The notes beneath the pieces were generated by a model. The model was not told where the DNA came from. It ran no database searches and saw only the letters and a list, made by a program, of their open reading frames with translations. Positions 48,813-59,296 of a DNA stretch of 64,000 bases are shown in pieces. This DNA comes from Planctomycetota bacterium. GTDB taxonomy: Bacteria; Planctomycetota; UBA8108; SXIK01. The position numbers and the translations under genes are program-made. The DNA lies in contig OZ244999.1 in NCBI GenBank assembly GCA_965223265.1, positions 9,056,001-9,120,000 of the forward strand. Direction: 5' to 3'. Each line of letters opens with the position of its first letter. Position 1 is the first letter of the stretch.

Positions 48813-49045
48813 TCGATGCTTCATGAGCACATCGCGAACGAGAAGAGGAAAGAAACGTTCGGAGAGCAAGTGTCGCAGTAGAGAACCTGTTGAGTTGCGA
48901 AACGAGACTTTCTACCCGGTTCTCCGTCGCCTTCTTCGTTCTTGTTCAAAGTCTCCGAGACCATCAATGCGGATTCGAACAAAGAGGCGGGCGCTCGAGC
49001 CTGGGCTGCTAGCGTCCGTCCTATCTACTTAGTCGGTGGAGTCCC

Positions 49046-50536
49046 ATGTGGGATGCGATTGAAGCCAATCAACGACGCTCGGTAATTCTGATCAGCCTGA
49101 TGGGGGTGATCTTGGTCGGGCTCGGCGCGCTGTTCGGTCACGTGTTGAGCCCCGAGTACGGGCTCATCTTTGGACCACTCGTTGCGGTCTCGCTGTGGGG
49201 TGGTTTGTGCGTTTTAGCCTTTTACCAGGGGGATCAACTGCTCCTCCTCTCGGCCGGTGCGCACGCGATCGAAAAGGCGGATTGCCCTAGACTTTGGAAC
49301 ACGGTCGAAGAAATGACGATTGCTGCGGGTTTGCCGCGCATGCCCAAGGTGTATATCGTCGATCAAAACGCACCGAATGCCTTCGCAACCGGTCGATCCC
49401 CTGAGAATTCAGTGGTAGCTGTGACGACAGGCCTTCTGAAGATTCTTGACCGCGACGAGCTGCAAGGGGTCGTCGCTCACGAGATCGGCCACATCAAGAA
49501 TCAAGACGTACGGTTCATGACCCATGCGAGTGTTCTGCTGGGATCGATCGTCCTCCTGTCGGACGCGTTTCTCAAGTACACGCTATTCAGCGGATCGCGT
49601 CGCCGCCTTTCTCGTGGCAACGGCAAGTCTCAAATGGCGATGGTGGTCGTTGCTGTCATCGCAGCAATCCTTGCGCCTATCTTCGCGCGTCTTCTTTTCT
49701 TCGCGTGCTCGCGCAAACGCGAATTCCTGGCCGACGCTTCCGCTGCGCGTTTCACACGCTACCCGGATGGTCTCGCTTCTGCTCTTGAGAAAATCGCTGC
49801 AGGCGCCGGGCGAGCGAAGGATATCAGCAAGGCTGTCGCGCCTCTCTACATCGTCAACCCGCTCGAGTGTCGCGCCACGGGGTCGCGAGCCTTGTCGACG
49901 CACCCGCCGACCGACCAGAGAATCAAGATCCTACGGAGCATGGGAGGACGTGCGGGTTACGTTGACTACGAATCGGCGTTTCGCAGCGTTAGCGGGAGTG
50001 GCACGAGGTGCCTCGGGCTCCGCGCACTGAGCGGCGAGAAGAGCATGAAGGCTCGTGCGGCGTCGAAACCGCAGAAGGAGCAGCGCGAGGAGCTGATCGA
50101 ACGGATGAGCGAAGTCGTCAACATTGTCGACCGACTTGCTGACTTCCTTCTCATCGCATGTGCTTGTGGCATGAAGATGAAGCTGCCTCCAGAGTATGAC
50201 AAGGATGCGGTCACTTGTCCGCGGTGTGGCTGTGGCCATGCGGTTCCGACGGCAGAAGCGGCCAAGAGCGACGAGGCGTCCGACGATGGATCTCCAAAAG
50301 ATGCTGATGGTTGCGCCAACGAGAAGACTTCTTCCGCATCCGGACCTGGGGATGTTCCGTTTCAGTATCGCCGCCAAGGGCAAGCGTGGGAGTCGTTTCG
50401 TTGCCCGTGTAGTCGGACCATGCAAGTCAGTCCCAGCCTCTCGGCGCGGTTTCTCAAGTGTCGCAGCTGTGGTCAGCGCATAGAGATTCTAGAGCCTGAG
50501 AAAGAAGCCACAGAACTCGGCACTCCTGCAAGCTGA
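49046..50536 (+). CDS. htpX: HtpX/M48 zinc metalloprotease with two C-terminal zinc ribbons
   Basis: PNAFATG, GVVAHEIGH, SRKREFLADA, STHPP; tail with CACG..CPRCG and CPCS..CRSCG. Confidence 0.9.
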   Translation: MWDAIEANQRRSVILISLMGVILVGLGALFGHVLSPEYGLIFGPLVAVSLWGGLCVLAFYQGDQLLLLSAGAHAIEKADCPRLWNTVEEMTIAAGLPRMPKVYIVDQNAPNAFATGRSPENSVVAVTTGLLKILDRDELQGVVAHEIGHIKNQDVRFMTHASVLLGSIVLLSDAFLKYTLFSGSRRRLSRGNGKSQMAMVVVAVIAAILAPIFARLLFFACSRKREFLADASAARFTRYPDGLASALEKIAAGAGRAKDISKAVAPLYIVNPLECRATGSRALSTHPPTDQRIKILRSMGGRAGYVDYESAFRSVSGSGTRCLGLRALSGEKSMKARAASKPQKEQREELIERMSEVVNIVDRLADFLLIACACGMKMKLPPEYDKDAVTCPRCGCGHAVPTAEAAKSDEASDDGSPKDADGCANEKTSSASGPGDVPFQYRRQGQAWESFRCPCSRTMQVSPSLSARFLKCRSCGQRIEILEPEKEATELGTPAS

Positions 50537-50542
50537 CGGTTT

Positions 50543-52183
50543 TCAGCGCCGATTGGACGCCGGTACTCCTGCGTGACGACTGCGATTGAGGAGGCCGAAA
50601 ACGAATCCGATCGCGAGGCCGCTCAAGTGGGCTTCGCCGCTGACCGCCCGGTGCGTGACGTCGAAGAGACATTGGAATGCGACGACAACGACGATCAAGA
50701 TGAAATTGGTGCGTGCGAGTCGTGACTTTTCGGCGAGCCACGTTTTCAAGAGCAGGGCACCCGCGGCGCCGACCAGGCTGAAGATCGCACCGGATGCGCC
50801 TACTAGTATGCGATCGGACTGGAGGAGGAACCAGACCACCCCCGACCCGGTGCCCGCCAACATGTAGAGGGAGAAAAACGACAGTCTGCCGAGCCGTTTC
50901 TCGACGAACGGGCCGATCGCCCAGAGTGCGAGCATGTTGCTGGCGATGTGAAACAGACCATAGTGCAGAAAAACAAACGTGAAGAGGCGCCAAATTTCCC
51001 CGGCCCTAACGGCGGCTGTGTCGAGCGCACCGAGTCGCTCGAGCGTTTGAATGTCGGTGCTGCCGCGACCGAACACCGCCGCGATCAACTCGAGGGGCGC
51101 AAGCTGTTTTAGCGTCTCGATGTTGGTGAGAGCGCTGACGACAATCTCGGCCGAGAAAACCAGGAGATTCAGCGTCAAGATCGCGTTTGTCACCCACGCG
51201 TGGTGCCGAAGGTACGAGGCGAGAAGTGTCGAGCGGTCCTCTCGGAGCTGGTCGGCATCGGCGCCGTCGACGATCGCCGCTAACTCGGCCGATAGCTCCA
51301 CGCCGTGGGAGTCTTCCGCCTGAGCGATACGGTCTTCGATCGCGGTGCGGTTGAGGGGATCGGCCGTGGCGAGAAGACTGGATAGATCGACGACGCCATC
51401 TCGGTGACCGCCCGTAAGCTTTGCGGTAGCCAGCCAGAAATCTTTGGAGAGCGCTGGGTAGTCCATGAGGACGGTTTGCAGCAGCCGCTGTACCGCCTGC
51501 GGACGGCCACAAAACGCAAAGAGGAATAGATACGCGGCGCCGCGCGTCTCTCGATTCACACGAAAGTTCGTGATTGTCTGGCGATAGTGCGCAAACTCGC
51601 GGATGAGGCGCTCCGTGTTTCCAGTTTCCCCGAGGGATCGCAAGAACAGCGTTAGGGCTACTGGGTCTTCGCGACCCTGTCTCTCGTTGAGCTGCGTTTC
51701 GAGCAGCGCGAGGATCTCATCCCACTTCTGCTCGAGCCGAAGGCGCTGAAGGCGCGCCGAGAGAGCAGACGGGTGGTCGAGTGTCTCGAGGCGCTTCAAA
51801 TGTTCGATCGCCTGTTCCGGTTTCCCCGCTTTCGCGAGCTCGGCACCTCGAAAGATCTCTCGCTGTTGCTCCAGACCTCGCGCCAGCCTGATCCGAATGA
51901 GAAGATCGAGAAGCCTGCCGGCTTTGCCATACTCCTGGGCGTTGAGGTGCCGTGAAACTCGCCGCAGCACGAGCGCCGGAAAGAGAATGAGGACAACCCA
52001 CGCGGCGAAGACGATCGGCAGTGCACTGTTGCCAAAGAGGGTCAGGGCTGCGATCGCGACGGCCACCACGATCAAAGCGGGTACGTCGACGCGCCGCCCT
52101 CGCCGTCTCTGTAGGACACGTACGAGAAGTGCCGCTCCAATCATCAGGACGATGAGAGTGCTGACGTCTTCGAAGTTGATCAG
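50543..52183 (-). CDS. Rhomboid intramembrane serine protease with N-terminal TM and TPR-like region
   Basis: WRLFT, FLHYGLFHIASN, GASG (catalytic Ser), AHLSG. Start uncertain (CTG 52183 or ATG 52144); the ORF-track extension overlaps the upstream gene. Confidence 0.88.
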   Translation of the reverse strand: MINFEDVSTLIVLMIGAALLVRVLQRRRGRRVDVPALIVVAVAIAALTLFGNSALPIVFAAWVVLILFPALVLRRVSRHLNAQEYGKAGRLLDLLIRIRLARGLEQQREIFRGAELAKAGKPEQAIEHLKRLETLDHPSALSARLQRLRLEQKWDEILALLETQLNERQGREDPVALTLFLRSLGETGNTERLIREFAHYRQTITNFRVNRETRGAAYLFLFAFCGRPQAVQRLLQTVLMDYPALSKDFWLATAKLTGGHRDGVVDLSSLLATADPLNRTAIEDRIAQAEDSHGVELSAELAAIVDGADADQLREDRSTLLASYLRHHAWVTNAILTLNLLVFSAEIVVSALTNIETLKQLAPLELIAAVFGRGSTDIQTLERLGALDTAAVRAGEIWRLFTFVFLHYGLFHIASNMLALWAIGPFVEKRLGRLSFFSLYMLAGTGSGVVWFLLQSDRILVGASGAIFSLVGAAGALLLKTWLAEKSRLARTNFILIVVVVAFQCLFDVTHRAVSGEAHLSGLAIGFVFGLLNRSRHAGVPASNRR

Positions 52184-52283
52184 AGCTTGACCTCTGGCGC
52201 GGGACGGTTGTTCTTCAGGGGAGATCGTCTGCTGAGGTCGCTCATAGGCGTCGAGTTCTGTAAGGCGTTGGCTTCGGTCTGCT

Positions 52284-53675
52284 TCATGGGCTCGTTTCGC
52301 GACGGAGATCGACGCAAACAAGGCGTGAACCGTCGCGCGCGTACAGGCGCCCATATGCGAGCGCCGTGTAGGCTCGAACCTCGCCGGGCAGAATCTTTGC
52401 GCTCTGTTTGAGGTTGTAGCCTGCCGGATCTGCGGCAACGCGGCGCAGCTCTCCACTCTCCATGACGAAGAGGAGATCGCTCCCAGCGAGCGTCACACTG
52501 CCGCTGCCAAAACGATCGGCTGTCCAGCGGACCTCGCCCGTCGCGAACTCGACGCACCGCAAACGGGGCGTCGACTCCTGTCGGCCGTCGAGACCATAGA
52601 GAAAGCCGTCTCTAGCTACGCTTGTAAGATAATGATTCGAGAGGATTTCGTCGCCGGACCAGACCTTCTCGAGCCCGGAGGCGGTGACACGCGAGACCAC
52701 TCCTCCAGTTCGGTAGCTGGCCGAGATGAATACGTGATCAGCGACGACGATGGGCGTTGCGGCGTTGACCGAGGCATGGAGGCGTGCTCGCCACTTGAAC
52801 TGATCGCGGATTCGGCCATCGGTCGGGTCGACGTCGACAAGTCCGTGCCGCGTAAAGAAGAAGACATGACGCTCCCCAGCGATGGTTGCGCCGACCGGTG
52901 ACGAGTAGCTGGCCTCGTGATCGCCGGCTTTCCATCGCAGTTCGCCCGTTGCGCTATCGAGTGCCACGATGCTGTTGCCGTCGTCTCCGCCAGCGTTGAG
53001 TAGAACCAGATCCTTCTCAACCAGCGGAGAACACGCCGCACCGAAAAATCCTTGCGGAACGTTAAATTTCCCGTGAACGTCGACTCTCCACAGCTTCCGG
53101 CCATCCTTGGTGTCAACCGCGTGAAGAATGCCTCCAGCGCCGAGAGCATAAACTCTCCCTGCATCCACGGTCGGTGTTGCGCGTGGGCCGTTGTTGAATC
53201 CGTAGCGATCCTTGTAGTTCGACGCATAGGCGAAGCTCCATCGCTCCTCCCCGGAGCCAGCGTCGAGCGCCAGAATCTCTTCTTGATCGTCGCGCCGGTG
53301 AAAGACAAGGAGCGTATCGCCGGCGACAACTGGAGCGCTGTAACCTTCGCCGATCGCGTGCTTCCAAACAGTCTTCGGACCGCCTTCAGTCCAAGTAGCG
53401 GCGACATCCTTCCCCGTGTAGGTGGAGTTTCGCAGTGGGCCGAGATGCTGCGGCCAATCGTGTGCCGCGAGTTTGCCGGGCGACTGTAGAAGGAACGCCG
53501 CGGCGAAGAGGAAAGCGCTGGAAAGGAAAGCTGGCAAACGGTGATTTCTTTTGGGGAAGACGCTGCCGCTATTGGTCCCTAATGGATGACGGCAGTGGCG
53601 CAGTCCATGCGACAGAGTCCTTTGGTCGCGGCGCGGACTCGAGACGTTAGAGAGACTGGCTGCTAAGAAGACCAT
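52284..53675 (-). CDS. PQQ-binding-like beta-propeller repeat protein
   Basis: DWPQHLGP.RN, GEGYS, GPRATP, SYSSP, repeated G...W motifs. Start uncertain (53537-53675). Confidence 0.88.
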   Translation of the reverse strand: MVFLAASLSNVSSPRRDQRTLSHGLRHCRHPLGTNSGSVFPKRNHRLPAFLSSAFLFAAAFLLQSPGKLAAHDWPQHLGPLRNSTYTGKDVAATWTEGGPKTVWKHAIGEGYSAPVVAGDTLLVFHRRDDQEEILALDAGSGEERWSFAYASNYKDRYGFNNGPRATPTVDAGRVYALGAGGILHAVDTKDGRKLWRVDVHGKFNVPQGFFGAACSPLVEKDLVLLNAGGDDGNSIVALDSATGELRWKAGDHEASYSSPVGATIAGERHVFFFTRHGLVDVDPTDGRIRDQFKWRARLHASVNAATPIVVADHVFISASYRTGGVVSRVTASGLEKVWSGDEILSNHYLTSVARDGFLYGLDGRQESTPRLRCVEFATGEVRWTADRFGSGSVTLAGSDLLFVMESGELRRVAADPAGYNLKQSAKILPGEVRAYTALAYGRLYARDGSRLVCVDLRRETSP

Positions 53676-53844
53676 GCCTCGACTGTAGCCGCGAAACTTC
53701 GACTTCTCAAGCGGTGCCTGGGGGTTCCGGCGACGGCGGTGTGCACACCTCAGCGGGCGTCGCCTTCGCGCGTCGACAGTCGAGGTGGCGGGGGCCGCAC
53801 TTACGACGGACCCCCTGACCCGTTCTTTCCGTCTCGGTAACGAA

Positions 53845-55749
53845 TCACTTGAAATCGATGTCGCTGCCGCCTTTCTCGAGCCAAGCGAACTCACCTTCAG
53901 TGATCCGCTGCGCCAGTTTGTAGCCGGCGCGATCCGAGTTCTTCCGCACACCCTTGAAGTTGGCCTCAATGCGCTGTTTGGCGTGCTCGCAAAACAAGGC
54001 CGCGAGGTCGATGACTCCTTCGTTTGCCTTGGCGTCGGCACGGTCGAGCGCGTCGGCACGCGAGCAAGAGGCTGCCATCGCGAACAGCTCGGTGCCGATC
54101 TCGACGTAGCGCGCCAGCAAAGATTGGCGCTTCTCGAGTCCTGCCTGGTGCACGTTCATAGCGTGAAAGAGGCTTCGCGCCAAGCGACGGGTCGTCTTGT
54201 CAATGTACTTGAGATGCGGCGCTAGCGCCCGATGCGCGTGGAAGCCACGACTCAACGGATTCCAGAGGCTCGGGTACCAGTGTGCATAGTGGAGTCCGGC
54301 CTTGAAAAAGCTTGCGATCCTTTTGAGTATTGGAGCGCGTGGATTGAGCAAGTCTCCAGCACGCCGCAAGTGGGGATCCAGTGCCTCGCGTGCGAGGAAA
54401 AGCCGCATGATTTCGCTGGTGCCTTCGAAGATCATATTGATGCGGCAGTCGCGCATGAAGCGCTCGATCGGAACGCCTTTTTCCCCACGAGCGCGCAGCG
54501 ACTGAGCTGTCTCATAGCCGCGGCCGCTACGAATCTGCACAGTTTCGTTGATGATGTCCCAAGAGACTTCGGAGCAGAACATCTTGCACATCGCCGCCTC
54601 GAGACGAATGTCAGCTTGTCCGCGATCGACCAGCGCGGCGGTGTAGAGCGAGATCGCCTCCTGAGCGAAGGTATGTGAGGCGATGAACGCCACCTTCTGG
54701 GCGATGGCATCATGTTTGCCGATGTTCGCGCCCCATTGCTCGCGTTCTTTGGCAAATTCGCGCGCGATGCGCAGGCACACCTTGCTCGCGCCAGTGCACG
54801 CCGCAGGTAGGGTGAGACGTCCGGTGTTCAGAGTCGTCAGCGCGACGCGAAGCCCTTTCCCTTCGGCGAAAATGATGTTCTCGCGTGGCACTTTGACGTT
54901 CGTAAAGCGGATGATGCCATTGTAAAGCGCCTTGAGCCCCATGAAACGGCAGCGCGTGACGATTTCGACGCCTGGCATGTCGCGCTCGACGATGAATGCC
55001 GTGATCTGCTTGCGTTCCTTGCCGCGAACAATCTTCGGTGGCGTCTTTGCCATGACGACGAACAGGCCCGCTTTCAGACCGTTCGTGCACCACAGTTTCT
55101 CCCCGTTGAGGACAAAGTGTTCGCCGTCCTCGGTCGGCTCGGCGTGAGTCGACATGTTCGCCGGATCCGACCCCACTTCGTCCTCGGTCAGTGCAAACGC
55201 GGAGATCTCGCCCTTGGCGAGGCGGGGAAAGAAGCGTTTCTTTTGGTCGTCCGTGCCGAAAAGCTTGAGCGGCTGGGGAACGCCGATACTCTGATGTGCG
55301 GACATCAAGGCACCCGTGTTGCCACAGTAGCTCGCCGCGAACATGGCTCCACGGCTATAGTTGGTCTGCGAAAGTCCGAGGCCGCCGTACTCTTTCGGGA
55401 TCTTGATGCCGAACGCGCCGAGCTTCGCGAGAGCGTCGATTGCCTCCTGCGGAATCTCGCCGGTCGCATCGACCTCGTCGGGGTCAATCTTCTGTTCGAG
55501 AATCTTTCGGAGCTCAGCGACGAATTCGTCACCGAGCTTCGCATCCTCTGCGTCCTGCAGCGGGTAGGGCAGGACGAGATCGTCACGGAATCGGCCCATG
55601 AAGAGCTCTAGGGCGAAACTCGGAAACGCCCACTCTGATTCACGAGCGGCTTCGGTGACCTCGAGCGCCTGACGCTTGCCCTCGGTCATGTTGGAGGTGT
55701 CGATTTTCAGCTCTTCTTCGGCGGGGGCTTGGGTCGTTTCAGGACTCAT
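53845..55749 (-). CDS. Acyl-CoA dehydrogenase (ACAD9/VLCAD-like)
   Basis: HQSIG, FALTE...GSDP, NGEKLWCTNG, LNTGR, REQWG, GRGYE, RINMIFEGTSEI; GAGGTG RBS before ATG 55749. Confidence 0.95.
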   Translation of the reverse strand: MSPETTQAPAEEELKIDTSNMTEGKRQALEVTEAARESEWAFPSFALELFMGRFRDDLVLPYPLQDAEDAKLGDEFVAELRKILEQKIDPDEVDATGEIPQEAIDALAKLGAFGIKIPKEYGGLGLSQTNYSRGAMFAASYCGNTGALMSAHQSIGVPQPLKLFGTDDQKKRFFPRLAKGEISAFALTEDEVGSDPANMSTHAEPTEDGEHFVLNGEKLWCTNGLKAGLFVVMAKTPPKIVRGKERKQITAFIVERDMPGVEIVTRCRFMGLKALYNGIIRFTNVKVPRENIIFAEGKGLRVALTTLNTGRLTLPAACTGASKVCLRIAREFAKEREQWGANIGKHDAIAQKVAFIASHTFAQEAISLYTAALVDRGQADIRLEAAMCKMFCSEVSWDIINETVQIRSGRGYETAQSLRARGEKGVPIERFMRDCRINMIFEGTSEIMRLFLAREALDPHLRRAGDLLNPRAPILKRIASFFKAGLHYAHWYPSLWNPLSRGFHAHRALAPHLKYIDKTTRRLARSLFHAMNVHQAGLEKRQSLLARYVEIGTELFAMAASCSRADALDRADAKANEGVIDLAALFCEHAKQRIEANFKGVRKNSDRAGYKLAQRITEGEFAWLEKGGSDIDFK

Positions 55750-56207
55750 TCTCACCTCTTCCGGTTGGGTGGAGGACCGACGTGTCGATCGGATTGAGGT
55801 CTTGTCTTGGTTGTAGAATAACGCCGCAGACCGCAGATCTCGACGGTCCCAGAGGGCTTTTTGGGAACTCCACCCGTCGTTGACTGTCGAGTACGCGCTT
55901 CCTTCATTTCGAGCGCTGGGGATCTCCGACTTGAGCCCGCTTTTGTGCTGTCCGGTTTCTGGCCCCCGCGCCGGCGAGAAATGACGGCAAGAAACGCTCT
56001 TGACTCCGTGAATCGCACGCCGTTGGCGACGTTCGAGCCGCGTCGGCATCCTCGCACATGGTGAACTACGCGAGCCACCGCGTCTCGAAAGGTCGCTACT
56101 GAAGGGCTCTTCGCCGCTCTTGCGCGTTCCTTCTTGCTGGCGTTGGGGTCAGAAACTGAGGTAGGGGCTTTTCTCTCGTGCCGTACCTCGGTTTAATCTA
56201 AGGTTCC

Positions 56208-56540
56208 ATGATGCGCCAACAGGAAGACGAAGCCGAACGCCCTGATGATCCCGTCTACCTCAACGGTCGACGTGAAGCGATCACCACACTCGTTATCTGG
56301 GCCGTTTTCGGGATCTATACTCTGACCTACTGTTACTTGAACGGGTATGTTTGCGACCCGGCCACGATCGGCACGGTTTTCGGCGTCCCCGACTGGGTCT
56401 TTTGGGGTGTGTTCGTGCCGTGGGTCGCCGCCATTCCCGTCTCGTGTTGGTTCGCTTTCGTCGTCATGAAAGATGATCCGCTCGGCGACGAAGGGGACGA
56501 AAACGCTCACCCAGCTGCAAGCGAGGGTGATGATGTTTGA
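56208..56540 (+). CDS. DUF997/YhdT-like small membrane protein (symporter partner)
   Basis: RREA, two TMs, GVPDWVFWG, MKDDPL; overlaps the SSS gene. Confidence 0.8.
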   Translation: MMRQQEDEAERPDDPVYLNGRREAITTLVIWAVFGIYTLTYCYLNGYVCDPATIGTVFGVPDWVFWGVFVPWVAAIPVSCWFAFVVMKDDPLGDEGDENAHPAASEGDDV

Positions 56541-58503
56541 GCACGGCGAAGCTGCGATCAGTTTCTTGTGTTACACCCTAGCCGTTTTTGTGCTGGCGAT
56601 TCTGTCGCACCAACTCCTGCAGAAGAAGTCCTTCCTGAAGGAGTATTTTATCGGCAGCCGTGGACTCGGCGTTTGGGCACTGGCGATGAGCTACGCCGCC
56701 ACCAGTGCCAGCGGCGGCAGCTTCACCGGCTTCCCGGCGCTGATCCACACACATGGTTGGGTTTTGGCGCTTTGGATCTCGAGCTACATGGTCGTACCTA
56801 TCTGCGCCATGGGAATGCTCGGCAAACGGATCAATCACATGGCGCGCAAGACGGGGGCGATCACGGTTCCCGATCTGCTGCGCGACCGGTTCCAAAGCCC
56901 CGCGCTCGGAATCCTGTCGAGCCTCTTTCTGGTCGCGTTTCTCGCCTTCAACTTGGTAGCGCAGTTCAAGGCTGGCGCGGTCATCATCGAAAAGCTCGTT
57001 GGCGACGTAGAACTCTACAAAAGAGCCGCGTCAGGTCTCGAGTGGATGCCGGCCGTTTTTTCCTTCGTCGGCGAAAGACCGGAAGGTAGCTACTGCCTGG
57101 CACTCCTTATCTTCGCCGTAGCCGTTGTTGGCTACACAGTGTACGGCGGCTTTCGTGCGGTCGTGTGGACGGACGTGCTCCAAGGCATTGTCATGTTCTT
57201 CGGTGTTCTGATCCTTCTCGGCTGCACGCTGGGGAGGCTCGATAACGGTCTCGAAGGAGTCACCCGTGATCTCGCACGGCATCGTTTCGCGATCGCAAGC
57301 CTCGCGTATGATCGTAGTCAGGGTTCGGGCGAAGAGAACTTCCTGAGAGTGCCCGCGGCGTCGCGTCTCGACGTCCGAGTCCCGAGTGCTGGAGGCAGTG
57401 AACAGCGCTGGGCCCTGCGCCTCGAGAAACCCGCGATGTTCGAGTGGGGCGAAGATCCGGAGTCGGCGAACGTCGTTGAGGTTGACGTCGACGTTCGCAT
57501 CCTGCCGACGTTTACCGATCCGGCAGCGTTTCCCCAATCGCTGCCAGCCGCCGCCAAGATTGTCCTGTTGCCGCCGCGGGAAGGCGCTGCTGAACAGTCA
57601 ACGTTGAGCGCCGTGCGCGTGACGGCGATCGTTTCCAAGCCAGAACACTCGTTCGTTTCGGCTCCTGGCTTCGGCGGCGAGCTAGGTTTCCTGCCGTTTT
57701 CAATCGCCATCTCGTTTTTCGTCATGTGGGCGATCTCGGGCACGGGTCAGCCGACGACGATGGTGCGATTGATGGCGTTTTCGAACACCCAAGTCCTGCG
57801 GCGTGCGGTCTTCAGCGTCTCGATCTACTACACGCTCATCTATATTCCTCTAGTGATCATCTTTGTCTGCTCGCGATACATCCTCGAACCGCTCGAGCGC
57901 CCCGACGAGGCCATGGCCGCGATGGTGCTCGAGGTTGTTCCCGGCTGGCTTGGCGGCGTGATCATGGCTGCTCCGTTCGCGGCCATCATGTCAACGGTCG
58001 ACAGCTTCCTGCTCGCGATCGCTTCTGGTCTGGTGCGCGACATCTATCAGCGGAGCATCAATCCGCACGCTTCGCCGCAGACGCTGCGCCGCCTGAGCTA
58101 TTTGACGACGCTGTTCATCGGCGTGGTTGTCTTCTTCGGGGCGCTGAATCCGCCGCGTTTTCTTCAGTACATCATCATCACGACGAGTTCCGTGCTCAGT
58201 TCGACATTTCTTTTCCCGATCTTTTTCGGGCTCTATTGGAAGCGGATGAATCGGGTTGGGGCGCTGTGCGGCATGATCATTGGTGGTGGCGTCTGCTTCG
58301 CGTTTTTCGCTCTGAGCTGGGCGGGATACAGCCCTCAGAATCTCGGCGGCTTCGCCCCCGTCGTCTGGGGTTTCGTTGCCTCAGTCGTTAGCTGCGTCGT
58401 CGGCAGTTTGATTTCAGCGCCGCCGCCGCGTTCACTCGTTAACTTCTACTTCGCTGCTCCAGCAAGTCGCTCGTCGTCGCAACCGACGAACGGCGACGCG
58501 TGA
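56530..58503 (+). CDS. Sodium:solute symporter (PanF-like) with an extracytoplasmic insertion
   Basis: EYFIGSR, SGGSFTGFP, DRF.S, GGFRAVVWTD..QG, AAIMSTVDS; about 13 TMs. Confidence 0.9.
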   Translation: MMFEHGEAAISFLCYTLAVFVLAILSHQLLQKKSFLKEYFIGSRGLGVWALAMSYAATSASGGSFTGFPALIHTHGWVLALWISSYMVVPICAMGMLGKRINHMARKTGAITVPDLLRDRFQSPALGILSSLFLVAFLAFNLVAQFKAGAVIIEKLVGDVELYKRAASGLEWMPAVFSFVGERPEGSYCLALLIFAVAVVGYTVYGGFRAVVWTDVLQGIVMFFGVLILLGCTLGRLDNGLEGVTRDLARHRFAIASLAYDRSQGSGEENFLRVPAASRLDVRVPSAGGSEQRWALRLEKPAMFEWGEDPESANVVEVDVDVRILPTFTDPAAFPQSLPAAAKIVLLPPREGAAEQSTLSAVRVTAIVSKPEHSFVSAPGFGGELGFLPFSIAISFFVMWAISGTGQPTTMVRLMAFSNTQVLRRAVFSVSIYYTLIYIPLVIIFVCSRYILEPLERPDEAMAAMVLEVVPGWLGGVIMAAPFAAIMSTVDSFLLAIASGLVRDIYQRSINPHASPQTLRRLSYLTTLFIGVVVFFGALNPPRFLQYIIITTSSVLSSTFLFPIFFGLYWKRMNRVGALCGMIIGGGVCFAFFALSWAGYSPQNLGGFAPVVWGFVASVVSCVVGSLISAPPPRSLVNFYFAAPASRSSSQPTNGDA

Positions 58504-58650
58504 CGCGCCGGGTGTTGTGAGGGTGTCGGCGTAGCGACGAGGCGCACCGACCGACGCGATCCATGGCCTGAGTGCTGCGCTTGAAGCGTGACGGGCAGGT
58601 GACACTCTGGGTAATACCGCGCGATGATCGCCGCCAGCGATCGATGATGG

Positions 58651-59244
58651 TCACTCGAGATCGAGGAACTCACGCTTGAGTGCGTTCCAGCGCTTCTGGG
58701 ATTTCTTGCCCCACTTCTCGAACTTACGGTCGATCTTTGCGACCTTACGTTCCTGCCACAACCGACCAGAGCTTTTGCCATAGAACTTGTCGGCGACGCA
58801 AATGATCTTCTCCTCGAGCGAGACCGGACACAGGTCGCGAGCAGGTAATGGTAGACCCTTGTTCTCGATCTCCTCGGCGGTCAAGCCGCTGCCGGTATGG
58901 CGTTCGCAGACGAGCGCGTGCTTTGGCAGCCCTTCCTTCTCGAGGGTCTTTCGTCCAAGAACTCCGTGCATGAGATATGGCTCGGAGCCATGACAGCCGA
59001 TTTCGGGCGCATCGCACTCACGGATGCCAATGTCGTGCAGCAGCGCAGCCTCACGGATGAATTCAAGGTCGAGCTCGGCGTCGGGTTCGACCTTACTGTA
59101 CCAGTGCGCGATGGAGAGTGCTTTCTGAGCCACCAACACGGAGTGGACAACGATGATTTCGTGCGCTTCGGAATCGACCGGATAGTACTTTGCAAGAATC
59201 GCCAATGCATCGATCGACAACGTGACTTTGCCTCTCTTTCCCAT
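58651..59244 (-). CDS. HD-domain phosphohydrolase (HDIG-like)
   Basis: HSVLVA, ALLHDIG, HG..G, CERHTG, EEKIICVADKF. Confidence 0.88.
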   Translation of the reverse strand: MGKRGKVTLSIDALAILAKYYPVDSEAHEIIVVHSVLVAQKALSIAHWYSKVEPDAELDLEFIREAALLHDIGIRECDAPEIGCHGSEPYLMHGVLGRKTLEKEGLPKHALVCERHTGSGLTAEEIENKGLPLPARDLCPVSLEEKIICVADKFYGKSSGRLWQERKVAKIDRKFEKWGKKSQKRWNALKREFLDLE

Positions 59245-59296
59245 GTTTCGTTCCCTTCACTTTCCGGTGGTCTATCTCGTCACGCCCGGCGCCTCC

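Noticed and set aside
52180-52287. 35-aa ORF overlapping the PQQ-protein stop (ATGA)
   Set aside because: No motif or other support; may be chance.
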